Shown here: in pieces, positions 36,140 through 48,912 of the stretch
How the letters are laid out: each line of letters begins with the position of its first letter
Position numbering within the stretch: the first letter of the stretch is position 1
Origin: Utricularia gibba
Taxonomy: Eukaryota; Plantae; Magnoliophyta
Length of the DNA: 64,000 bases
Reading direction: 5' to 3'
NCBI GenBank assembly: GCA_002189035.1
Contig: NEEC01000159.1
Span: 1-64,000, forward strand
Program-made: the position numbers and the translations under genes
The notes under the pieces: model-generated
The model's input: the letters and a program-made list of their open reading frames with translations, nothing else
The model's database searches: none
What the model was told of the DNA's origin: nothing

Positions 36140-39100
36140 CAGATGCGCCACAAAAGTGGCCACCTTTTCGAACGATGCGACTTGTAACACCAGAATCGAC
36201 GCGATTGTGATTTTCGGCTTGCAAAACATCTGCGTTTTTTGGGTGATGTGAAATATGGGTTTTCGAGGCGATCTATGCACATGCTTAGGGTGTGTTTCTA
36301 CCGAAGCCTCATGGTTTCCTCGCACACGTTCGGCATCTCATCGATATCTGAAGACCGTGATGAGTCACGCTGCGCCCGGCATACCGTTTCGAAGCTCGTT
36401 CCGAGCCGGTCATCTTCCGTGTTGAAAGCCTTTCGTCCAAGGATGCATCAGAGCTCGAATTATCGCCTTCTATTAGCCTTCAGATGCGCCACAAAGTGGC
36501 CACCACGTTCGCAACGATGCGACTTGCAACACTAGAATCGACGCGATTGTGATTTTCGGCTTGCAAAACATCTGCGTTTTTTCGGGTGATGTGAAATATG
36601 GGTTTTCGAGGCGATCTTTGCACATGCTTAGGGTGTGTCACTACGTGAAGCCTCATGGTTTCCTCGCACACCGTTCGGCATCTCATCGATATCCTGAAGA
36701 CCGTGATGAGTCACGCTGCGCCCGGCATACCGTTTCGAAGCTCGTTCCGAGCCGGTCATCTTCGTGTTTAAAGCTTCTTCGTCCGAGGATGCATCAGAGC
36801 TCGAATTATCGCCTTCTATTAGCCTTCAGATGCGCCACAAAGTGGCCACCACGTTCGCACGATGCGACTTGTAACACCAGAATCGACGCGATTGTGATTT
36901 TCGGCTTGCAAAACATCTGCGTTTTGTTGGGTGATGTGAAATATGGGTTTTCGAGGCGATCTATGCACATGCTTAGGGTGTGTCCTACGTGAAGCCCTCA
37001 TGGTTTCCTCGCACACCGGCATCTCGTCGATATCCTGAAGACCGTGATGAGTCACGCTGCGCCCGGCATACCGTTTCGAAGCTCGTTCCGAGCCGGTCAT
37101 CTTCCGTGTTGAAAGCTTCTTCGTCCGAGGATGCATCAGAGCTCGAATTATCGCCTTCTATTAGCCTTCAGATGCCACAAAGTGGCCACCACGTTCGCAA
37201 CGATGCGACTTGTAACACCAGAATCGACGCGATTGTGATTTTCGGCTTGCAAAACATCTGCGTTTTTTCGGGTGATGTGAAATATGGGTTTTCGAGGCGA
37301 TCTTTGCACATGCTTAGGGTGTGTCACTGAAGCCTCATGGTTTCCTCGCACACCGCGGCATCTCATCGATATCCTGAAGACCGTGATGAGTCACGCTGCG
37401 CCCGCTCGTTTCGAAGCTCGTCATCATTCCGTGTTTAAAGCTTCTTCGTCCGAGGATGCATCAGAGCTCGAATTATCGCCTTCTATTAGCCTTCAGATGC
37501 GCCACAAAGTGGCCACCACGTTCGCGACGATGCGACTTGTAACACCAGAATCGACGCGATTGCGATTTTCGGCTTGCAAAACATCTGCGTTTTGTTGGGT
37601 GATGTGAAATATGGGTTTTCGAGGCGATCTTGCACATGCTTAGGGTGTGTTTCTACCCGAAGCCTCATGGTTTCCTCGCACACCGTTCGGCATCTCGTCG
37701 ATATCCTAAAGACCGTGATGAGTCACGCTGCGCCCGGAATACCGTTTCGAAGCTCGTTCCGAGCCGGTCATCTTCCGTGTTGAAAGCCTCTTCGTCCAAG
37801 GATGCATCAGAGCTCGAATTATCGCCTTCTATTAGCCTTCAGATGCGCCACAAAGTGGCCACCACGTTCGCAACGATGCGACTTGCAACACTAGAATCGA
37901 CGCGATTGTGATTTTCGGCTTGCAAAACATCTGCGTTTTTTCGGGTGATGTGAAATATGGGTTTTCGAGGCGATCTTTGCACATGCTTAGGGTGTGTCAC
38001 TACGTGAAGCCTCATGGTTTCCTCGCACACCGTTCGGCATCTCATCGATATCCTGAAGACCGTGATGAGTCACGCTGCGCCCGGCATACCGTTTCGAAGC
38101 TCGTTCCGAGCCGGTCATCTTCCGTGTTTAAAGCTTCTTCGTCCGAGGATGCATCAGAGCTCGAATTATCGCCTTCTATTAGCCTTCAGATGCGCACAAA
38201 GTGGCCACCACGTTCGCAACGATGCGACTTGTAACACCAGAATCGACGCGATTGTGATTTTCGGCTTGCAAAACATCTGCGTTTTTTCGGGTGATGTGAA
38301 ATATGGGTTTTCGAGGCGATCTTTGCACATGCTTAGGGTGTGTCACTACGTGAAGCCTCATGGTTTCCTCGCACACCGTTCGGCATCTCGTCGATATCCT
38401 GAAGACCGTGATGAGTCACGCTGCGCCCGGAATACCGTTTCGAAGCTCGTTCCGAGCCGGTCATCTTCCGTGTTGAAAGCTTCTTCGTCCGAGGATGCAT
38501 CAGCTCGAATTATCGCCTTCTATTAGCCTTCAGATGCGCCACAAAGTGGCCACCACGTTCGCAACGATGCGACTTGTAACACCAGAATCGACGCGATTGT
38601 GATTTTCGGCTTGCAAAACATCTGCGTTTTTTGGGTGATGTGAAATATGGGTTTTCGAGGCGATCTTGCACATGCTTAGGGTGTGTCACTACGAAGCCTC
38701 ATGGTTTCCTCGCACACCGTTCGGCATCTCGTCGATATCCTGAAGACCGTGATGAGTCACGCTGCGCCCGGATACCGTTTCGAAGCTCGTTCCGAGCCGG
38801 TCATCTTCCGTGTTGAAAGCTTCTTCGTCCGAGGATGCATCAGAGCTCGAATTATCGCCTTCTATTAGCCTTCAGATGCGCCACAAAGTGGCACACCACG
38901 TTCGCAACGATGCGACTTGTAACAGAATCGACGCGATTGTGATTTTCGGCTTGCAAAACATCTGCGTTTTTTCGGGTGATGTGAAATATGGGTTTTCGAG
39001 GCGATCTTTGCACATGCTTAGGGTGTGTCACTACGTGAAGCCTCATGGTTTCCTCGCACACCGTTCGGCATCTCATCGATATCCTGAAGACCGTGATGAG

Positions 39101-42100
39101 TCACGCTGCGCCCGGCATACCGTTTCGAAGCTCGTTCCGAGCCGGTCATCTTCCGTGTTTAAAGCTTCTTCGTCCGAGGATGCATCAGAGCTCGAATTAT
39201 CGCCTTCTATTAGCCTTCAGATGCGCCACAAAGTGGCCACCACGTTCGCGACGATGCGACTTGTAACACCAGAATCGACGCGATTGCGATTTTCGGCTTG
39301 CAAAACATCTGCGTTTTTTGGGTGATGTGAAATATGGGTTTTCGAGGCGATCTATGCACATGCTTAGGGTGTGTTCTACCGAAGCCTCATGGTTTCCTCG
39401 CACACCGTGCGGCATCTCGTCGTATCCTAAAGACCGTGATGAGTCACACTGCGCCCGGAATACCGTTTCGAAGCTCGTTCCGAGCCGGTCATCTTCCGTG
39501 TTGAAAGCTCTTCGTCCAAGGATGCATCAGAGCTCGAATTATCGCCTTCTATTAGCCTTCAGATGCGCCACAAAGTGGCCACCACGTTCGCACGATGCGA
39601 CTTGCAACACCAGAATCGACGCGATTGTGATTTTCGGCTTGCAAAACATCTGCGTTTTTTCGGGTGATGTGAAATATGGGTTTTCGAGGCGATCTTTGCA
39701 CATGCTTAGGGTGTGTCACTACGTGAAGCCTCATGGTTTCCTCGCACACCGTTCGGCATCTCGTCGATATCCTGAAGACCGTGATGAGTCACGCTGCGCC
39801 CGGAATACCTTTTGGAAGCTCGTTCGAGCCGGTCATCTTCCGTGTTTAAAGCTTCTTCGTCCGAGGATGCATCAGAGCTCGAATTATCGCCTTCTATTAG
39901 CCTTCAGATGCGCCACAAAGTGCCACCACGTTCGCGACGATGCGACTTGTAACACCAAATCGACGCGATTGCGATTTTCGGCTTGCAAAACATCTGCGTT
40001 TTTTCGTTGATGTGAAATATGGGTTTTCGAGGCGATCTTTGCACATGCTTAGGTGTGTCCCTACCCGAAGCCTCATGGTTTCCTCGCACACCGTTCGGCA
40101 TCTCGTCAATATCCTGAAGACCGTGATGAGTCACGCTGCGCCCGGCATACCGTTTCGAAGCTCGTTCCGAGCCGGTCATCTTCCGTGTTGAAAGCTTCTT
40201 CGTCCGAGGATGCATCAGAGCTCGAATTATCGCCTTCTATTAGCCTTCAGATGCGCCACAAAGTGGCCACCACGTTCGCACGATGCGACTTGTAACACCA
40301 GAATCGACGCGATTGTGATTTTCGGCTTGCAAACATCTGCGTTTTTTGGGTGATGTGAAATATGGGTTTTCGAGGCGATCTTTGCACATGCTTAGGGTGT
40401 GTCACTACGTGAAGCCTCATGGTTTCCTCGCACACCGTTCGGCATCTCATCGATATCCTGAAGACCGTGATGAGTCACGCTGCGCCCGGCATACCGTTTC
40501 GAAGCTCGTTCCGAGCCGGTCATCTTCCGTGTTTAAAGCTTCTTCGTCCCATCAGAGCTCCTCGAATTATCGCCTTCTATTAGCCTTCAGATGCGCCACA
40601 AAGTGGCCACACGTTCGCACGATGCACTTGTAACACCAGAATCGACGCGATTGTGATTTTCGGCTTGCAAAACATCTGCGTTTTTTCGGGTGATGTGAAA
40701 TATGGGTTTTCGAGGCGATCTTGCACATGCTTAGGGTGTGTCACTACGTGAAGCCTCATGGTTTCCTCGCACACCGTTCGGCATCTCATCGATATCCTGA
40801 AGACCGTGATGAGTCACGCTGCGCCCGGCATACCGTTTCGAAGCTCGTTCCGAGCCGGTCATCTTCCGTGTTTAAAGCTTCTTCGTCCGAGGATGCATCA
40901 GAGCTCGAATTATCGCCTTCTATTAGCCTTCAGATGCGCCACAAAGTGGCCACCACACGTTCGCGATGCGACTTGTAACACAGAATCGACGCGATTGTGA
41001 TTTTCGCTTGCAAAACATCTGCGTTTTTTCGGGTGATGTGAAATATGGGTTTTCGAGGCGATCTTTGCACATGCTTAGGGTGTGTCACTACGTGAAGCCT
41101 CATGGTTTCCTCGCACACCGTTCGGCATCTCGTCGATATCCTGAAGACCGTGATGAGTCACGCTGCGCCGGAATACCGTTTTGAAGCTCGTTCCGAGCCG
41201 GTCATCTTCCGTGTTGAAAGCTTCTTCGTCCGATGCTCGAATGCGATGCGTGGCGAACGATCGAATCTTCATCTATGCATGCGCGAAAAATGCATCAGAG
41301 CTCGGCCTGCCTTCAGATGCGCCACAAAGTGGCCACCACGTTCGCAACGATGCGACTTGTAACACCAGAATCGACGCGATTGTGATTTTCGGCTTGCAAA
41401 ACATCTGCGTTTTTTCGGGTGATGTGAAATATGGGTTTTCGAGGCGATCTTTGCACATGCTTAGGGTGTGTCACTACGTGAAGCCTCATGGTTTCCTCGC
41501 ACACCGTTCGGCATCTCATCGATATCCTGAAGACCGTGATGAGTCACGCTGCGCCCGGCATACCGTTTCGAAGCTCGTTCCGAGCCGGTCATCTTCCGTG
41601 TTTAAAGCTTCTTCGTCCGAGGATGCATCAGAGCTCGAATTATCGCCTTCTATTAGCCTTCAGATGCGCCAAAGTGGCCACCACGTTCGCGACGATGCGA
41701 CTTGTAACACCAGAATCGACGCTGATTTTCGGCTTGCAAAACATCTGCGTTTTGTTGGGTGATGTGAAATATGGGTTTTCGAGGCGATCTATGCACATGC
41801 TTAGGGTGTGTTTCTACCCGAAGCCTCATGGTTTCCTCGCACACCGTGCGGCATCTCGTCGATATCCTGAAGACCGTGATGAGTCACACTGCGCCGGAAT
41901 ACCGTTTCGAAGCTCGTTCCGAGCCGGTCATCTTCCGTGTTGAAAGCTCTTCGTCCAAGGATGCAGAGCTCGAATTATCGCCTTCTATTAGCCTTCAGAT
42001 GCGCCACAAAGTGGCCACCACGTTCGCAACGATGCGACTTGCAACACTAGAATCGACGCGATTGTGATTTTCGGCTTGCAAAACATCTGCGTTTTTTCGG

Positions 42101-45100
42101 GTGATGTGAAATATGGGTTTTCGAGGCGATCTTTGCACATGCTTAGGGTGTGTCACTACGTGAAGCCTCATGGTTTCCTCGCACACCGTTCGGCATCTCA
42201 TCGATATCCTGAAGACCGTGATGAGTCACGCTGCGCCGGGCATACCGTTTCGAAGCTCGTTCCGAGCCGGTCATCTTCCGTGTTTAAAGCTTCTTCGTCC
42301 GAGGATGCATCAGAGCTCGAATTATCGCCTTCTATTAGCCTTCAGATGCGCCACAAAGTGGCCACCACGTTCGCGACGATGCGACTTGTAACACCAGAAT
42401 CGACGCGATTGCGATTTTCGGCTTGCAAAACATCTGCGTTTTTTGGGTGATGTGAAATATGGGTTTTCGAGGCGATCTTGCACATGCTTAGGGTGTGTCT
42501 ACCCGAAGCCTCATGGTTTCCTCGCACACCGTTCGGCATCTCGTCAAAGACCGTGATGAGTCACGCTGCGCCCGGAATACCGTTTCGAAGCTCGTTCCGA
42601 GCCGGTCATCTTCCGTGTTGAAAGCTTCTTCGTCCAAGGATGCATCAGAGCTCGAATTATCGCCTTCTATTAGCCTTCAGATGCGCCACAAAGTGGCCAC
42701 CACGTTCGCAACGATGCGACTTGTAACACCAGAATCGACGCGATTGTGATTTTCGGCTTGCAAAACATCTGCGTTTTTTCGGGTGATGTGAAATATGGGT
42801 TTTCGAGGCGATCTTTGCACATGCTTAGGGTGTGTCACTACGTGAAGCCTCATGGTTTCCTCGCACACCGTTCGGCATCTCATCGATATCCTGAAGACCG
42901 TGATGAGTCACGCTGCGCCCGGCATACCGTTTCGAAGCTCGTTCCGAGCCGGTCATCTTCCGTGTTTAAAGCTTCTTCGTCCGAGGATGCATCAGAGCTC
43001 GAATTATCGCCTTCTATTAGCCTTCAGATGCGCCACAAAGTGGCCACCACGTTCGCGACGATGCGACTTGTAACACCAGAATCGACGCGATTGTGATTTT
43101 CGGCTTGCAAAACATCTGCGTTTTTTGGGTGATGTGAAATATGGGTTTTCGAGGCGATCTTGCACATGCTTAGGGTGTGTCTACCGAAGCGGTTACACAC
43201 CGTTTCGCATCTCGTCGATATCCTGAAGACCGTGATGAGTCACGCTGCGCCGGAATACCGTTTCGAAGCTCGTTCCGAGCCGGTCATCTTCCGTGTTGAA
43301 AGCCTCTTCGTCCAAGGATGCATCAGAGCTCGAATTATCGCCTTCTATTAGCCTTCAGATGCGCCACAAAGTGGCCACCACGTTCGCACGATGCGACTTG
43401 CAACACAGAATCGACGCGATTGTGATTTTCGGCTTGCAAAACATCTGCGTTTTTTCGGGTGATGTGAAATATGGGTTTTCGAGGCGATCTTTGCACATGC
43501 TTAGGGTGTGTCACTACGTGAAGCCTCATGGTTTCCTCACACCGTTCGGCATCTCGTCATATCCTGAAGACCGTGATGAGTCACGCTGCGCCCGGCATAC
43601 CCGTTTCGAAGCTCGTTCCGAGCCGGTCATCTTCCGTGTTTAAAGCTTCTTCGTCCAAGGATGCATCAGAGCTCGAATTATCGCCTTCTATTAGCCTTCA
43701 GATGCGCCAAAGTGGCCACCACGTTCGCGACGATGCGACTTGTAACACCAGAATCGACGCGATTGTGATTTTCGGCTTGCAAAACATCTGCGTTTTTTTG
43801 GGTGATGTGAAATATGGGTTTTTCGAGGCGATCTTTGCACATGCTTAGGGTGTGTCTACCCGAAGCCTCATGGTTTCCTCGCACACCGTTCGGCATCTCG
43901 TCGATATCCTGAAGACCGTGATGAGTCACGCTGCGCCCGGAATACCGTTTCGAAGCTCGTTCGAGCCGGTCATCTTCCGTGTTGAAAGCTCTTCGTCCAA
44001 GGATGCATCAGAGCTCGAATTATCGCCTTCTATTAGCCTTCAGATGCGCACAAAGTGGCCACCACGTTCGCAACGATGCGACTTGTAACACAGAATCGAC
44101 GCGATTGTGATTTTCGGCTTGCAAAACATCTGCGTTTTTTCGGGTGATGTGAAATATGGGTTTTCGAGGCGATCTTTGCACATGCTTAGGGTGTCACTAC
44201 GAAGCCTCATGGTTTCCTCGCACACCGTTCGGCATCTCGTCGATATCCTGAAGACCGTGATGAGTCACGCTGCGCCCGGAATACCGTTTCGAAGCTCGTT
44301 CCGAGCCGGTCATCTTCCGTGTTGAAAGCTTCTTCGTCCGAGGATGCATCAGAGCTCGAATTATCGCCTTCTATTAGCCTTCAGATGCGCCACAAAGTGG
44401 CCACCACGTTCGCGACGATGCGACTTGTAACACCAGAATCGACGCGATTGTGATTTTCGGCTTGCAAAACATCTGCGTTTTTTCGGGTGATGTGAAATAT
44501 GGGTTTTCGAGGCGATCTTTGCACATGCTTAGGGTGTGTCACTACGTGAAGCCTCATGGTTTCCTCGCACACCGTTCGGCATCTCGTCGATATCCTGAAG
44601 ACCGTGTGATGAGTCACGCTGCGCCCGGCATACCGTTTCGAAGCTCGTTCCGAGCCGGTCATCTTCCGTGTTTAAAGCTTCTTCGTCCGAGGATGCATCA
44701 GAGCTCGAATTATCGCCTTCTATTAGCCTTCAGATGCGCCACAAAGTGGCCACCACGTTCGCAACGATGCGACTTGTAACACCAGAATCGACGCGATTGT
44801 GATTTTCGGCTTGCAAAACATCTGCGTTTTTTGGGTGATGTGAAATATGGGTTTTCGAGGCGATCTTGCACATGCTTAGGTGTGTTCTACGTGAAGCCTC
44901 ATGGTTTCCTCGCACACCGTGGCGGCATCTCGTCGATATCCTGAAGACCGTGATGAGTCACGCTGCGCCGGCATACCGTTTCGAAGCTCGTTCCGAGCCG
45001 GTCATCTTCCGTGTTTAAAGCTTCTTCGTCCGAGGATGCATCAGAGCTCGAATTATCGCCTTCTATTAGCCTTCAGATGCGCCACAAAGTGGCCACCACG

Positions 45101-48100
45101 TTCGCGACGATGCGACTTGTAACACCAGAATCGACGCGATTGTGATTTTCGGCTTGCAAAACATCTGCGTTTTTGGGTGATGTGAAATATGGGTTTTCGA
45201 GGCGATCTTTGCACATGCTTAGGGTGTGTCACTACCCGAAGCCTCATGGTTTCCTCGCACACCGTTCGGCATCTCGTCATATCCTGAAGACCGTGATGAG
45301 TCACGCTGCGCCCGGATACCGTTTCGAAGCTCGTTCCGAGCCGGTCATCTTCCGTGTTGAAAGCTTTTCGTCCAAGGATGCATCAGAGCTCGAATTATCG
45401 CCTTCTATTAGCCTTCAGATGCGCCACAAAGTGGCCACCACGTTCGCAACGATGCGACTTGCAACACAGAATCGACGCGATTGTGATTTTCGGCTTGCAA
45501 AACATCTGCGTTTTTTCGGGTGATGTGAAATATGGGTTTTCGAGGCGATCTTTGCACATGCTTAGGGTGTGTCACTACGTGAAGCCTCATGGTTTCCTCG
45601 CACACCGTTCGGCATCTCGTCGATATCCTGAAGACCGTGATGAGTCACGCTGCGCCCGGCATACCGTTTCGAAGCTCGTTCCGAGCCGGTCATCTTCCGT
45701 GTTTAAAGCTTCTTCGTCCGAGGATGCATCAGAGCTCGAATTATCGCCTTCTATTAGCCTTCAGATGCGCCAAAGTGGCCACCACGTTCGCGACGATGCG
45801 ACTTGTAACACCAGAATCGACGCGATTGTGATTTTCGGCTTGCAAAACTGCGTTTTTTGGGTGATGTGAAATATGGGTTTTCGAGGCGATCTTGCACATG
45901 CTTAGGGTGTGTCACTACCGAAGCCTCATGGTTTCCTCGCACACCGTTCGGCATCTCGTCGATATCTAAAGACCGTGATGAGTCACGCTGCGCCCGGAAT
46001 ACCGTTTCGAAGCTCGTTCCGAGCCGGTCATCTTCCGTGTTGAAAGCTCTTCGTCCGAGGATGCATCAGAGCTCGAATTATCGCCTTCTATTAGCCTTCA
46101 GATGCGCCACAAAGTGGCCACCACGTTCGCAACGATGCGACTTGTAACACCAGAATCGACGCGATTGTGATTTTCGGCTTGCAAAACATCTGCGTTTTTT
46201 CGGGGTGATGTGAAATATGGGTTTTCGAGGCGATCTTTGCACATGCTTAGGGTGTGTCTACCGAAGCCTCATGGTTTCCTCGCACACCGTTCGGCATCTC
46301 GTCGATATCCTGAAGACCGTGATGAGTCACACTGCGCCCGGAATACCGTTTCGAAGCTCGTTCCGAGCCGGTCATCTTCCGTGTTGAAAGCTCTTCGTCC
46401 AAGGATGCATCAGAGCTCGAATTATCGCCTTCTATTAGCCTTCAGATGCGCCACAAAGTGGCCACCACGTTCGCAACGATGCGACTTGCAACACTAGAAT
46501 CGACGCGATTGTGATTTTCGGCTTGCAAAACATCTGCGTTTTTTGGGTGATGTGAAATATGGGTTTTCGAGGCGATCTTTGCACATGCTTAGGGTGTGTC
46601 CTACGAAGCCTCATGGTTTCCTCGCACACCGTTCGGCATCTCGTCGATATCCTGAAGACCGTGATGAGTCACGCTGCGCCCGGAATACCGTTTCGAAGCT
46701 CGTTCCGAGCCGGTCATCTTCCGTGTTTAAAGCTTCTTCGTCCGAGGATGCATCAGAGCTCGAATTATCGCCTTCTATTAGCCTTCAGATGCGCCACAAA
46801 GTGGCCACCACGTTCGCGACGATGCGACTTGTAACACAGAATCGACGCGATTGTGATTTTCGGCTTGCAAAACATCTGCGTTTTTTGGGTGATGTGAAAT
46901 ATGGGTTTTCGAGGCGATCTTGCACATGCTTAGGGTGTGTCACTAAAGCCTCATGGTTTCCTCGCACACCGTTCGGCATCTCGTCGATATCCTGAAGACC
47001 GTGATGAGTCACGCTGCGCCCGGAATACCGTTTCGAAGCTCGTTCCGAGCCGGTCATCTTCCGTGTTGAAAGCTTCTTCGTCCAAGGATGCATCAGAGCT
47101 CGAATTATCGCCTTCTATTAGCCTTCAGATGCGCCACAAAGTGGCCACCACGTTCGCGACGATGCGACTTGCAACACCAGAATCGACGCGATTGTGATTT
47201 TCGGCTTGCAAAACATCTGCGTTTTTTCGGGTGATGTGAAATATGGGTTTTCGAGGCGATCTTTGCACATGCTTAGGGTGTGTCACTACGTGAAGCCTCA
47301 TGGTTTCCTCGCACACCGTTCGGCATCTCATCGATATCCTGAAGACCGTGATGAGTCACGCTGCGCCCGGCATACCGTTTCGAAGCTCGTTCCGAGCCGG
47401 TCATCTTCCGTGTTGAAAGCTTCTTCGTCCGAGGATGCATCAGAGCTCGAATTATCGCCTTCTATTAGCCTTCAGATGCGCCACAAAGTGGCCACCACGT
47501 TCGCGACGATGCGACTTGTAACACCAGAATCGACGCGATTGTGATTTTCGGCTTGCAAAACATCTGCGTTTTTTCGGGTGATGTGAAATATGGGTTTTCG
47601 AGGCGATCTTTGCACATGCTTAGGGTGTGTCACTACGTGAAGCCTCATGGTTTCCTCGCACACCGTTCGGCATCTCGTCGATATCCTGAAGACCGTGATG
47701 AGTCACGCTGCGCCCGGCATACCGTTTCGAAGCTCGTTCCGAGCCGGTCATCTTCCGTGTTTAAGCTTCTTCGTCCGAGGATGCATCAGAGCTCGAATTA
47801 TCGCCTTCTATTAGCCTTCAGATGCGCCACAAAGTGGCCACCGTTCGCGACGATGCGACTTGTAACACCAGAATCGACGCGATTGCGATTTTCGGCTTGC
47901 AAAACATCTGCGTTTTTTGGGTGATGTGAAATATGGGTTTTCGAGGCGATCTTGCACATGCTTAGGGTGTGTTTCTACCCGAAGCCTCATGTTTCCTCGC
48001 ACACCGTTCGGCATCTCGTCGATATCCTAAAGACCGTGATGAGTCACGCTGCGCCCGGAATACCGTTTCGAAGCTCGTTCCGAGCCGGTCATCTTCCGTG

Positions 48101-48905
48101 TTGAAAGCTCTTCGTCCAAGGATGCATCAGAGCTCGAATTATCGCCTTCTATTAGCCTTCAGATGCGCCACAAAGTGGCCACCACGTTCGCAACGATGCG
48201 ACTTGCAACACCAGAATCGACGCGATTGTGATTTTCGGCTTGCAAAACATCTGCGTTTTTTCGGGTGATGTGAAATATGGGTTTTCGAGGCGATCTTTGC
48301 ACATGCTTAGGGTGTGTCACTACGTGAAGCCTCATGGTTTCCTCGCACACCGTTCGGCATCTCGTCGATATCCTGAAGACCGTGATGAGTCACGCTGCGC
48401 CCGGCATACCGTTTCGAAGCTCGTTCCGAGCCGGTCATCTTCCGTGTTTAAAGCTTCTTCGTCCGAGGATGCATCAGAGCTCGAATTATCGCCTTCTATT
48501 AGCCTTCAGATGCGCCACAAAGTGGCCACCACGTTCGCGACGATGCGACTTGTAACACCAGAATCGACGCGATTGTGATTTTCGGCTTGCAAAACATCTG
48601 CGTTTTTTCGGGTGATGTGAAATATGGGTTTTCGAGGCGATCTTTGCACATGCTTAGGGTGTGTCACTACGTGAAGCCTCATGGTTTCCTCGCACACCGT
48701 TCGGCATCTCGTCGATATCCTGAAGACCGTGATGAGTCACGCTGCGCCCCGGCATACCGTTTCGAAGCTCGTTCCGAGCCGGTCATCTTCCGTGTTTAAA
48801 AGCTTCTTCGTCCGAGGATGCATCAGAGCTCGAATTATCGCCTTCTATTAGCCTTCAGATGCGCCACAAAGTGGCCACCACGTTCGCGACGATGCGACTT
48901 GTAAC
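36140..48905 (+). repeat. Satellite subfamily block 3 (~37 monomers) with its own dimer HOR
   Basis: Variants private to or strongly enriched in this block: GTCACTACGTG, TCTCATCGAT, GATCTATGC, TTCTACCCG, ATCCTAAAG, GTCACACTG, ACTAGAATC, GATTGCGATT, TTGCAAC and GTCCAAGG. I saw no TTGGAAC, AGATGTGCC, CCTTATATT or GACGTGATT here. Confidence 0.88.
41369..44093 (+). repeat. Strict two-monomer HOR run within block 3
   Basis: 8 monomers alternate between type P (TTTTCGGG, CACTACGTG, GGCAT, TTTAAAG, GCGAC) and type Q (TTTTGGG, TCTACCCG, GGAAT, TTGAAAG, TCCAAGG, GCAAC). The same T/G alternation runs over six monomers at 36194-38240. Confidence 0.82.
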
Positions 48906-48912
48906 GCCCGGA
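48901..48912 (+). other. Phase-breaking junction inside the array (truncated monomer, ~189 bp skipped)
   Basis: ...GCGACTTGTAAC|GCCCGGAATACC...: monomer position ~342 joins directly to position ~185. Both flanks are error-free and the subfamily changes at this point. Confidence 0.93.
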
